This document shows, piece after piece, positions 39,927 through 39,996 of a DNA stretch of 39,996 nt. A program made the translations under genes and the position numbers. The stretch's first letter is position 1, and each line of letters begins with the position of its first letter. The notes beneath the pieces are model-generated. The model saw only the letters and a list, made by a program, of their open reading frames with translations. It did no database searches and had not been told where the DNA came from. The stretch lies in the sequence record DRR378314_644; one strand, given 5' to 3'.

Positions 39927-39996
39927 GGGCGTGTTGACCTTTCGTGATTGATTTTGCAGCAGTATATTTGGTATTTAGGCAAGGCAGCGCCTATGC
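39927..39996. mobile_element. Probable left end of a non-autonomous MITE-like repeat (truncated by the window edge)
   Basis: TTA followed by GGGCGTGTTGACCTTTCG..., resembling terminal inverted repeats I recall from dispersed intergenic repeats in Shewanella/Pseudoalteromonas; right end not visible. Confidence 0.5.

Noticed and set aside
1-39996. CRISPR array, rRNA/tRNA, prophage, integron, transposase or defence system
   Set aside because: No regularly spaced repeats, RNA-gene signatures or relevant protein motifs seen

Overview
Chromosomal window from an AT-rich marine gammaproteobacterium (Pseudoalteromonas/Alteromonadales-like; inferred from gene content and protein style). In order: a PepSY-TM protein and a CDF exporter, divergent from a CzcI/DUF2946-like leader gene and a heavy-metal RND pair (adaptor + pump, no outer-membrane factor); a large multi-PAS/GAF hybrid kinase abutting a GNAT; a Fur-boxed DUF2753-sodA pair; ada/alkA-ogt; tdk; ltaE; rlmF; an alpha/beta hydrolase; a TonB receptor + TPR-sulfotransferase pair; a small Cys-rich protein missed by the ORF track; a LETM1-like protein; an M17 aminopeptidase; a VOC protein; a stand-alone FabH-like enzyme with a FadR-like box; DUF4440-regB-regA; several small hypothetical proteins; and a TonB receptor-dctB-dctD unit followed by a sigma-54 promoter, porin and SLC13/DASS transporter. 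A probable MITE-like repeat starts at the right edge. No rRNA, tRNA, CRISPR or transposase was seen. The best lead is a putative metal-sensing ribosome-arrest leader peptide plus a long RNA hairpin in front of the RND pump. All family assignments are by motif recognition, not database search.
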